Notes under the pieces: model-generated
Database searches by the model: none
Told to the model about the DNA's origin: nothing
The model's input: the letters and a program-made list of their open reading frames with translations, nothing else
Part shown: positions 35,419 through 47,900 of the stretch, in pieces
Numbering within the stretch: position 1 is the stretch's first letter
Layout: each line of letters begins with the position of its first letter
Assembly (NCBI GenBank): GCA_964187785.1
Contig: OZ076420.1
Span: 45,136,001-45,200,000, forward strand
Direction: 5' to 3'
From: Amphiscolops sp. MND2022
Taxonomy: Eukaryota
DNA length: 64,000 nucleotides
Translations under genes and position numbers: made by a program

Positions 35419-38400
35419 GACCGTTACTGACACTGCAAGGAGGCTCTACAGCTTTCAACGAATCGGCACTATCTCATCTTTCAGTTATGAAATTGCCCCT
35501 TGAACTCTGGGCCATTAATCCCGTCGCAGACCAACATAGTTTCGCTTCGCACTTTACGTACTGGAAAATCTGTTCCACAAACGGCAAGAATTTAAATTTG
35601 GGCAGTAAATTGGCCGGTGAAATGTCGTCAGGGGTAAACTAAATTAAGGTATTAGGTATCGGTATTAACAAAACATTAAAATTTCCAGAGTAATTTAATA
35701 AATTTGGAAACATTAGCGAAACCTAAAGCGCTTTTTGTTCAAGGCGCGATTAAAACTAGTGGCATCTTACGATTTGCTTTTGAATGCACGTGCTAGACAT
35801 TCATTTGAAAATAAAGTCTATGAAATTTTGATTTTTTTTAAAAAAAATTGTTTCCAGTTTGTTTCTTGACAACCAAAATACTAACGTTGATGAACTCGAA
35901 TTTTTTCAAGCAGACTCTTATTTATGAGTAGGTGACAATCATGTCTTTTGTTTCCGAAAATCCAGCTTATTAACGGTTTACGCTATCTCAAATTGCCCTT
36001 TCATTTTGGCCCCAATTTTGAAAACTGGTACTTTGAAAAAGAACTCTTTATGCGGCAGGATCTCGAAATGTTGCAATTTGTATTTAATGAAAACTGTTTT
36101 TCCCAAGTTTGAAAATGTAACAAGCAAACACTCAATGAAACCCTTCTTTAGAAAGGAGTTATGAGTTATATATCCAGGACAATGAAACTACTTCCTTTTT
36201 TGGTCGAAAACTGAGGCTTTGGAAATTTTCGAAAAACCCTTTCGAAATAAACTGGATTTTCATTCCGCATGTAGGTAAAATAATGGAATAGAGAATGTTC
36301 GAAATGCTAAAAAAAACTCGGATTGAAATGTCATTTTAATTTTACCCATTTTTCAACTGTAACTGCTGGGACAGCCTATTTCTAATTCAGAAGCCGTTCG
36401 TAGTTATTAGAAATTTAGGATATTTGCTGAACGTCAGTTTTGAGCCCGAGGGTTTTATATTGTCATGGATTTTTGTCGAATCGAAAGCAATTAGATTGAA
36501 AGCTGGGAAAATGGATTTGCAATTACGCTCAAAAGATTGCTTCTAAAAGAAGATTAATGAAAAATTCTTTTCGCCTCCAGAAAAACGGCTGCAACCAATT
36601 GTATACCTGAAAATCCCATTTCTGGTTTTTGCGACAAATTTTAATGATCGTGGTCTACTTATGTCTATTGCAAAGTTGGTTGTATTATTTTTTGTCCTCA
36701 GATAATTCTTCTGATCCATATTTGGATCTATTTTTGGGGCCGTCGTTTGGGAAAGCGTCTCTTTTAGACGCCCATAAAATTGGGGGATATTATTTCTGCT
36801 TTGAGGATTTTGATCCGCTTGAGGTGAAGACTAAGAAACAAAGGAAAGCTGGCAAATGAGCCATAAATATTTTTACAAAATTTTCATAAAAAATGCAAGT
36901 AACATCGATGTGATCTCCTCATCTTGGTCGTCATTGTTGCCAGTAGAAAATGTCCGTTGCAAATGTGCTGCTTAATCCATAGAAAACCAATCTATTTTCC
37001 CTACATCCCCTTCCCATTTCTCTCCATTTGCCTGCGATGCATTCAAATTCAGGCAAAGGTGTTTTTGTCTCCTTCGATGGTTGGAAATACATGAATGAAT
37101 CACGTGATCACTGCCTCCCATGTGAACACTTTGGTCCCACCTTCGGTGCAATTTCCATTTATAGAATTTCCTTTTAAGGTAAGTGATGGTTATTGGCATG
37201 ACTTTCCTCAACACACTACCTAAAACACTGCTGATCAGCGCTGAACACAATAAAGGATATAACTTTCCCACATCATTACGGGCACTGTAAACCTTCTTTT
37301 CCCTCTTCAATTCAAATTTCCCCGCACTTTTCCCCACAACTTTTCCCTCATTTTATCTACGCCAGTCACACAGTCGAAATATCGTCTTTTTCTACTCCAC
37401 GACGTGAACCAAGTATATACATGCAGACACGCCATTCGATAGTGCCTTTTCCCCACTAGCAATTTGCCTCCTTTTTCCTTCGCTTTTGCGCACTTTTTTT
37501 AAAAAAAACCTCCTCCACTTTTTGCTCTACGGTACCTGTGACACTTCTTCGTAATGTAGTAGTCAGCTTGCAGAAAATTTGTAGAACACGCTTGTATATA
37601 TAACTACACCCATATACATCGCATATGCCTTTGCTTTTCCTGTTTGCTACCAGCCGTCAGGTAGGATGATTTAAAAAAGGGGCAATCGGACAGGATATAA
37701 GAAAGATGCGTATGTACCTTGGTAAGAGAAAGTAAAACAGTATTACAACCGCTAACATCTTTTTTTTATTCTACCATTGTCGTTTCTATGCTCTTCTGAA
37801 GTCTCCGTTAGTTGTCATGGTAACCTGTTTGCGTCATAACGTCGTCACGTCACAATTTTTAATCTTATTAGTGACTGCGCTTATTTGGTAACGTGACTTG
37901 GCCTGAACTAGCAAAAAATACGAAACACACTTTATATCATTGCTAAACGAAACACCCGCCACTCGGTGCGACCGTTGATGTTTCTTTCGCTTTGCTTTTA
38001 CTTTTTTCTTTTGTTGCAGACAGGACGGGAAAAGAGGAGTTAGCGGAGAGAACAATAAAACGCAAGGAACAAAACGAGATTGGTGTTGATTTTTTTTTCA
38101 TCGGTTGCTTCGTCACCGCAGTTCAGCAAGCTTACCACTCATTTCATTGGTGCGGGGATTTCTTGCGGAAATGCGGTAGTCACGCTGCTACATAACTGGT
38201 CGTAGGCCCACTTAGAAAAAGGATAGAAAATCCGAAATGTGCTTTCACTGTATACTCGTCCATTCAATCGTAGCTAGCGTAACAATTCGTTCACGTTTCG
38301 AGCCGAGTTGTGTCACACGGCTCAATCGATTCGGCTCTCGTTTAACTTTGCCAAACCTTAACACATGGAAATGATAATCCACAGCACAATCCTTACAACC

Positions 38401-38990
38401 TGTACTCCGGAATAAATCCCCTTTCCATACTTTCAATCCTCGGAGTAGGAAATTTACAACAAATGGCGTAATTCGTCGCCGCGTGAAGCGATGGTTACAA
38501 CTCGAGAGTTGGTTTGCGATTTCAATGAACCACCCCCCCCCTTTGTTTTCTCGCCTTTCGCTAGTACCAACCAGCCAATACCAGCGGAGCAGCGTACCAA
38601 CCAGTATATACCTACCGAACAGCAGTACCACTACCATACTACGCCATTGAATGATTTCACAGCCTTTTGTTACTACTTCTACTTATCCTCCTCTCCCTAA
38701 TCAGCTTTTTCGCTTCCACATACAAAACGCATACATTTTTTTCATTATTTTTATACAATTCTCTCATCTATCTTCTTTCTCTTGTTGAATGAATAATTCT
38801 CAATAGAGGCGGCTGAAATTTGCAGCGCTATTTATCACCTGGTTATATTTTGGTTATTAAACCTATAAAATCGACCCAGTTGTTGTTTATTTGCGCAATT
38901 ACTGTGCTGACAGTAATGCTACAGACGCCTTCGGATTTTTCGCTTCATTTCTAGATTACAACCGGAGCGATTCTCCACAGCAGCTGCTCC

Positions 38991-41900
38991 ATGAAACGCT
39001 TTCTCTTTCTTTATTATTCTGTGATTTTGTCAATTTTCCAATTCAAAGATGTGCAAACTGTTCCCAAAAGGTCACCGCCCCTCAAAAGTATAGAGGGCAT
39101 CGACCTGTCAGAAGACGGAACCTTGATTGTCAACATCGCGAATGGGCAAATTTTCAGACCCGGAGAAGACCAGCCTATAGCTACCATTGACATTCCACGG
39201 CCTAAAAGACAGGATAGTTTTCTGGCGCAAACCACAAATGGCGGGAAATATGGCGACCAAAGTGTAGGAAATGATGGATCACTTTCGCAATTCTGGAGAC
39301 ATGATAATTTGGGGGATTCAAGCCATGGGTGTATTGTGTTGTATAACACCCAGAAGTTCTGTGACGTGTACAATCTGCCCTGGGCTCCCAATGGGTCGGC
39401 TAGGGTGTGCAAAGCGGACATGCAGGAGCCCCCACGGATGCCCAGCTCTTATGCTGTGTCGAGGGCAGGGATATTCACACTGTTGGGCATAATCAGTCTA
39501 ACCAGTGAGTACAATTTCCATCTCTTTACAAAAAATGTATATCCTAATTTAAATTGAAAATTTTTCATACCATTTGCTAGACTTCCAACTTTTGTGCAGT
39601 TTAAAAACAAAATCCGACTCGGACAGTTGTTTCAGGTTTAAAAGTTTTAGAGCGACAAATTATTGGTTAGCAATAGAAAAGTGCAAAACCCTACGTGTTT
39701 TCAAGCAAAAAGTTTTTTTTCAAAAAGAAATCTTTCAAAAAATCACACCTGCGCTTCAAGCTATTTTTTATTCCTTTCTGTTACACCTTTTAAGAAATGA
39801 ATATATTAATGTTGAAGTGTGTTAAATGTAACGTTAAACTTAAATGTGTTTGAAATGAAACAAATGCTATCGAGAGCTTCCAAATTGGATTCGAACTGAC
39901 ATAAAATTGATATTTTTTCAGTCAATTTTCAATTAATTAATTAATTATGATGACCATAACCACGAACAGTGCTGAATTGATTGACAAGCGCTAAATAATG
40001 GTCATGTAATTATAAATTGTTTGAGAGTAACGTTGAAACAGCTTTCTTTTGCATTGGTGCCAGCGGGATGAATTTGATCCTAGTCCGATATCTAGCTTGT
40101 GTGTCCTTTGTGAAAAACTGGGAACCTCTGAAATCTAAAATGTCGCAACTAACAACAATTCCGCCGCTTTTAGGCATCTTATGACATGCACATTTCAATG
40201 AAAACTTTCTCAGCTCATATTTTCACGACTATCAAGAAATTTCGACCAGAATACTCCCTTGTAATTTTGGTTTTCTTCTCTTCGATTCCATTGATGCTAA
40301 AATAAGTAACAAATTTGGTTGCAGTTAACAATAAGGCTTGGTCAGCGTCGATTTGAGATCCAATTACAGGATTCCTGACAGGGATTTGGACTCGAAAAAA
40401 ATTGGTGCCTTCGGGACATCGGTTGTTGTTGTCATTTATACCTAATTGCCCTGAAATTGGCAGTCTTCTTCTTATTCTTCAATTTTTCACAAAAAAAACC
40501 AGGATTCCTTTAACAAGCAAGCAAGGCGAGAAAATTACCCTATTATGAGATTAAACTGTTTTTGTTTCTTCATTTTGTAGTCGCCTTCCGTTCTCTTGGC
40601 ATTCCCACTCTAATTCCTATAATCGTTTTTATTTAGCGTTTTAGCTCCGGGATATTTTCCAACCGACTCATTTCATCAAAAAAAGCTTGCATAAAACTTC
40701 AAAATTGAAAAAAAATCTTATTTTCGAATCTTTTTTCTACAGTAGAAGTTCTATCTTTTGAGAATATAAACGAAACACAGCAAAATTTGTTAAAGAAGAA
40801 ACACAACCGAGAGACTGTATATGAAATACGGATAGAAAACAGTAAGAGAATTTTTTCATCAGTATTAGAGCAATGCCGCACAGTTTTGCAATGATAGCTG
40901 TAACGACCCTAATTAAACCTGATGGGAGGTTTTGCATGATGCATTCATTCATGCATGATAACTTTTCATGAAACATCAGAAATTCAAGAAATGTAACAAG
41001 AAATTTTGTACACGTTTTCAGCAATTTGCAAAACCTCAAAGCATAACCATGAACTATAAAAAAACTCATGCAGTTTACATTTCAAAAAAATTAGGAAGCA
41101 ACAAAAACAGTTTCTAATTTTGTGAGCTAAGCTTTTATGATATTGTTTCCCTCCGAGCCATCTTGAGCTTTCAGAAAAACGTGCAAAACTTAAACTAGTA
41201 CATTAGCTGTCGAAACCCACTGAAACTACAACTCGAAACACTGATTCAGAAAACAAAAAAGACGGAGATTTTTCATCCGGAGTTCTCAAAACTTGTACTT
41301 CCTCCTCCTCCTTCAAAACTTCTGCTCGAACTCCTGTCATTTCTGAAGCACTCCAACTGACTGCACTGATGACAAGACCAGAAAAAAATCACTGTTACAG
41401 AGTCTGAAACGACCGAGCCATTCAACAAATAGAATAAGTTATTTTTTTCGGACATGTGCAACCCAAATTCATTTTCGGACTTGCGCAACCCAAATTTATT
41501 TTCGGACTTGAGCAACCCAAATTTATTTTCGGACTTGCGCAACCCAAATTTATTTTCGGACTTGCGCAACACAAGTTTATTTTCGGACTTGAGCAACCCA
41601 AATTTATTTTCGGACTTGCGCAACCCAAATTTATTTTCGGACTTGCGCAACCCAAATTTATTTTCGGACTTGCGCAACCCAAATTTATTTTCGGACTTGT
41701 GAATAGCCGCCGTCCGAACGCAGTTCATACAGTTTATGCAAAAAAAATCGAACCTACGACATTGGTGAATGGTTCCATGGATATTTTAAATATGACTGTT
41801 GTATGTATTCTAGAGTTGTGGTAAAAAGAGAAGTATTCAAAACGTCTGATTAACACTAAGCCATAAAACAAGCTGTCTCTAATAGCGGAGTCTATATAGC

Positions 41901-44900
41901 TCTGACTGACGGTATATCCCACAAAACGATCGTCGCCAGACGGTAAATAAATTAATTACTAATTATTGCTAATTATGATATTGGTCTCAAGGCCGGCAGA
42001 GTTAAGTAAAGTTCTTTTACAGTCTATAATATAGAAGTAAAAGGTTCACTATTATTTCACCTCACGTTTATTTCACCCCACGTTCATTTCACACCACGCT
42101 CCTTTCATCCCATATAATTTCACCCCATTTTATATCACCCCATGTCATTTTAACCAAAAATCACTTCATCCCAGAATCATTTCATCCTAGAGTGAAATGA
42201 AATGGGGTGAAATTGATTTGGAGTGAAATGAACTGAACGTGGAATCAACTGAATCTGGAGTGAAATGATATGGGGTGAAATGTTATGGGGAGAAATGTTT
42301 TTGAGGTGAAATGAAATGGGGTAAAATGAATCTGGAGTGAAATGATATGGGGTGAAATGTTATGGGGAGAAATGTTTTTGAGGTGAAATGAAATGGGGTA
42401 AAATGAATCTGGGGTGAAATGTTATGGGGAGAAATATTTTTGAGGTGAAATGAAATGGGGTAAAATGAATCTGGAGTGAAATGATATGGGGTGAAATGTT
42501 ATGGGGAGAAATATTTTTGAGGTGAAATGAAATGGGGTAAAATGAATCTGGAGTGAAATGATATGGGGTGAAATGTTATGGGGAGAAATATTTTTGAGGT
42601 GAAATGAAATTGGGTAAAATGAATCTGGAGTGAAATGATATGGGGTGAAATGTTATGGGGAGAAATATTTTTGAGGTGAAATGAAATTGGGTAAAATGAA
42701 TCTGGAGTGAAATAATGATATGGGGTGAAATGTTATGGGGAGAAATATTTTTGAGGTGAAATGAAATTGGGTAAAAATGAATCTGGAGTGAAATAATGAT
42801 ATGGGGTGAAATGAGCACACACCAAATTAATAGTTGTAATCCTTAGCGATTATTTGATCGTTTATTTTGCCCAGTCCATATTCTATGTAGTAACAGGATT
42901 TGCTCCTTGATTCATCCAAAATGACCTTCGCGACTTTTCTGTTTCATGTAAGCAGAACAAAACCCCCTAATAAATTGGAAAAGAGTATTTATTGTCAGAG
43001 TACCTCAACTTTGTTATTTTCAAAAACCTTTGAACTTTTTAAAAGCTGAATTAGCAGATACGTAAGAAGTCACTTCAGTCGAAAACTTTTTCTCTAATGT
43101 TAAAACTTTTGTATTTAAACTACAATGGAGAGCTTAGTGTTAACAATTGACAAGGGAATTTAAAAAGTTTCTTCAAAAATAGAGACAAGTCTTTATTTTC
43201 TTGTTCATGCTGTTGTAAATTGTCCTTAAAAGGAGTGTTCAATGCTTTACTCACTGGCAAACTGTTAGAAAAACAAACGTCGTTCCATTTTGTCTGTTGC
43301 CATGGAGCATTGTTTGAACTTTTTGGGATTTGCTTTGACTGAAAAGTTTGAACGGAAATTTCTTTTCACACTCAGGTGAAACTGCGCGTGTGAAATGTTT
43401 GAAATAACTTTCCTTTTCCTGTTAATTTGTTTTCGGTCAAAACAGACAAAACTGACTAGAAACAAGTTTAGAGTGAAGAGCATAGATTATAATCAACTCT
43501 AGTCAATTTTATCCTCAAAACAAGTGTTTATTTCTCCAGTTGTCCGCTTCCCAAATTTGCCAAATTAAGAAGCAGGCTTTAATCTCTAGAACCAACATAG
43601 GAATGACATTTCGGCTTTAATGGGAATCTATTGATTGGTTTCGTGGAAACAATAAAACATGTAGTTTCGATTTGCTCGGATTTGCTTTTTATTCTTTGAA
43701 AACATTTCTTCGTGTTCGCTTCTAAGGAATACAGCTGCGTTATGACTTCTTATGTCGATTGCAACTCCGCAAAACATTAGTCCGTTAGTTGTGGTCTGGT
43801 TAACAGCACAGTAAGGTACCTAGATTCTGGAGCAACCAGATAATGCCAGATATCTGGTGAAATAAAACCGGTCTTTGTAACCTATTTTCGGTTAGAAATG
43901 GTCTACATGTAGTTGTGCCGTGAAGTCCAGTAGTCTTTCAATCAATTCGAACTTTCCATAAATTGAACAGAAAGAAGGAATATCAGGAAAATCAAATATT
44001 GCATGACACTTTACCAATTGCATGACAGGCGGCTTCAACTTTAATTAAGTTGATGGTTGTAGGAAATTGCAACTACACAACTTTACTGCTGAATAAATTG
44101 GAAATTACCGGCTGCGAAATCTCAGACATTGAATTTGGGATAATCTCTTTGTTTTTAAGAGCGTGTTCTCTAAATTTACAACAGGTGAACTCAGAATATT
44201 AAAAGTGTTCAATCATGCGTTCCGGTGAAATTCGAAGTGCCATTATGGACTCCTGTGTTGGTGTTCTCAATAGTGAAACGAATAAATTAGCAGGTCAAAT
44301 CCTGTTTGTCGGAATGAACAAAAGACTGAAAAGGAATCCATTCACACTTTCATCTTCATCACATGTTCATTTTAGCGACCGGTCAAAAGATTGTTCACAC
44401 TTTGAAATTTTGCCGGTTGAAAAGATTCAACAGTCGCTTTCAACGTGCTTCAAAAAGGTGCCAACGATACCCGTTTGTTTTGATTTCATTAATCCTGTCC
44501 GATTAAAGTTTCAAGATAGCATCTTAAAGTGATTTGAAGTTGGGCAAATGACACAAAACGAAATGCCATGATTTCGAAAGATGTTTCACATTTTTTCATC
44601 TGATAAATAAAGTTTAATTATCAATTGGAGCTATTTCCGGGACCGATGCATTTCGCAACAAAATCAAGCTTACTTTTGAATTTCATCGAATTTCGTAAGC
44701 TTAGCTGAGAATTTTACATGCATTGAATTGTGATTTTTGCGCGATGAAAATTCAATTGCCATGATAAATAAATGATCTTTTCCGAAAAAGAGCATTTGAA
44801 TTTTCCTAGGGGTTTTCAGCGAAAGCAGAGAGTCTCAGATTGAAATGTATTTAATAATTAATTGTCATACTGAGAATCTGCTTTCATGTTTTATTAGAGG

Positions 44901-47900
44901 ACGAACTCGGAAACGAAGCCTCAAACTGTTTTTAAAGTTCAGAGATGAAAATTTAACATCTCCAGATGTTTTTCTGCAGCTGTATTGCAGCAATGTACAT
45001 CAATTATGTATATCAATGAGTGTACATTGGTGATATTTCTACTGAATTCATTCAGAAGTTGAGCGATGTTTCCATGGCAACGTATGAAAGATGAATGACG
45101 TATCTTTCAAAGTCTAGTTCAAGCCCCTTAATGACATTTTGCAATGCAAAAAATGAGACGATCAATGAAAATTTTGCAAATACACTGCAGAAAATTCTTA
45201 CTTCTTAAGAAGCGATGGAATTTTGATGGTGGCCCCAATGATAACAGAGGCAATAAAGAACAAAAACGACCACTTTTTTAACAATAATTACTTCTCTCTA
45301 GAGTTCGAACTTCATGTGTCTTGGTAAAAACTGGTTTCAGTCTCGAATTGATTCCATGGTAAATACCACCATCTGAAGCACCGTGGAAAAATATTTTTCC
45401 ACGGTGCTTCAGATGGTGGTATTAACCATGGAATCAATTCGAGACTGAAACCATTTTTTACGCTCAACTTTAGATATAAAACTGATCAAATAAAGTTTTC
45501 TTCCAAAAATTCAGCCCGTCTATATGTAACCCTTTAAGATGGGTGAATAAAACACAACAGAAAATGAATTGGGGAGTATTTTTTCGATACCTTACATAGC
45601 TATACGTTAGGAATATTACCTCCCATTAAATTAAAATAGCATATACACCGAAACGAGTTTACACTCAATAATTGATCCGTTTTTCCTACTTATCTTCCAT
45701 ATACCACCTACGGCTTAACAAATTCATTTGGTGGGTGTTTTATCCACGCCTTGTTTAGTTCCCCTCTTTTCCTCTTGGGGCATGAATTTAAAAATTCGAT
45801 ACCATCTAAAAAGTAGGAAAATCTCATTAGCACAAATCCAATGCAAAAATTTTCTGCAACAAACACGTCTTCCTCCAATGCTGCTACAGATGTGCAACGA
45901 TTGATCCTTAAAACATGCACATTTGCGCATAATATTACAGCAAACTCCGGTTAATCCGTATCCGGATAATTCGGATCTTTGTTTAAGTCATATGTGTCTG
46001 AGACACCCATTTCTGAGACCAAAGTAATACCATCCGGTTATTTCGTATTTCTCCTTATTCGTACTTCGGTACGAATTTTATTCGGTCTCTAGCGATATGA
46101 ATTTGGTGAATTCCACTGTATTAACATTTTGTAGAAATTTGATGAATTGGCGGATAAATCACGAGACATTTAACTTTATCTATGTTTTTAAACTCAGCGA
46201 ACACAAAATCTTCACAGCCACTCACTCAGCACATGCGTTGATTGTATATATGCAGGAACGTAGAAAATATATTGTATTCAAAAATATTGGCAATTGATGA
46301 CAACAAGCCGGGAACGGAATAAGCCGGTGCCCGCTCAAGGCTAAAAAATAGCAAAAGGACTTCAAATCGTCAAGTATTCTCTTCCATAGTACCAGAAAAA
46401 CCCAAAGGGGGACCCCGTTGGATTTTTTAACATCCATTCTGCTACAAAATATCATAATAAATGAAAGAGGACTCATTAAAGACATTTAAATATTTTAGAA
46501 AAAAAGTATCACAGTGCCGAATAAAAATCCAAAGGGGGACCCTCTGCTTTCGTCCGGTTTGGGATGTTATGCTAAAAGAGGAACAGCTATTACAGTTCAA
46601 AAAACCTGTGTCAAATGGTACGAATTGGCGCCGTAAAATTTTGTACAACTTTTGGTGGAACTATTTTGGTAAATTCGTGTGGACTCAGAAAAAAGTCACT
46701 ATTATAATCGCATTTCACTTCATGAAACGCCGGCTAAAAATGGCTCTTATTCCTTTTCCCCAACACTTTTCTGAAAACAAAAAATCAACAGACGGGATTA
46801 TATTTAACGGATCTCTTTCACTATATACCCCCTACAGCAAAAAGGGGGGACATAGTGAAACGCTATTAAATACATGTATTGCACATTCTAATAGCGCAGA
46901 TCTGCTCTTATCTAACAACGCTTCTGATCGGCTGAGTGGGGATTTTGATAAAAAGAACCAATGAAAAGTGTCGTTAGTTATGACGACATCAATTGATTGA
47001 CAGAATAGCATGTGAGATTAGCCAATAGGAGATAAATATAAATGAGCCACAAACATTTATTTTCTCTAGGGGGGACATAGTGTAACGAGTGATATAGGGG
47101 GGGACATAGTGAAAGAGATCCCATGGAATTATCCTGAAGGAATTCAATAGCTTCATTATTCTTCATTATAGGTTCTGCAAAGTTCATTTCTTTCAACCAG
47201 ATGTGATTCATACAAAATCAAAATGGCAATTTCATTATTTTGCCTCAACAGCTTTCATTGAAATAAGCGTTCTGATTTTGTTTTGCCTAAATAACTTCAA
47301 ATGATATTAATTTTGTTCTGATCTTCATTTTGAAGTTGGCAAGTATTATTACAAATATATGATAATAATCGTATACTCGGAATACACGAAACTCAACTCA
47401 ATTGCTCGGTTAACCGGTATGAAGTATCTGGAGAAAATTACTAAAAGTTAAGAGATATCAAGTCAGGAAATGTTACTTTTTTGAAGTCTTATAGGTTTCA
47501 CAGTTATAGCAAATATGTTTCTATAAGCTTTACTGCCATTTTACTGCAGAATAACTCAAGTCGGGTAATAAACTGCACATTAGCGTCTTGTTTAGCGTAC
47601 TATTTGAGAAGTGGCGATTACATTAGATGAGTTTAGAAAACAAAGTGTGAATACGAAGTGATCGTGTCGGCAATGAAGTTGGGTTTATTTTGAACTTTAC
47701 TTGCAGAAGTTGAAAATGCAGTGTAGTTTTATAAGATTTCCCACTGGAACCCTACTGAATTTTCTAAGTTTCGTGAAAAAAATTACCATGTATGGAGGCC
47801 TGCAGTATGTGAAATGTCGAAACGTGAAATTTTCGAAAAAAAAGTCGCGCAATGCTGATAAAATGAACCGACAAATAGCTTGAAATCCGAATAAGCATGG

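Noticed and set aside
41445-41699. CRISPR-like appearance of the 27-bp repeats (and of the 58212..59041 motif arrays)
   Set aside because: Eukaryotic context; the first has no spacers, the second has irregular spacing inside TIRs; no cas genes.
43850-44532. Possible CACTA/EnSpm transposase relic including ORF 44215..44532
   Set aside because: Only a vague resemblance with multiple stops; no diagnostic motif could be confirmed by eye.
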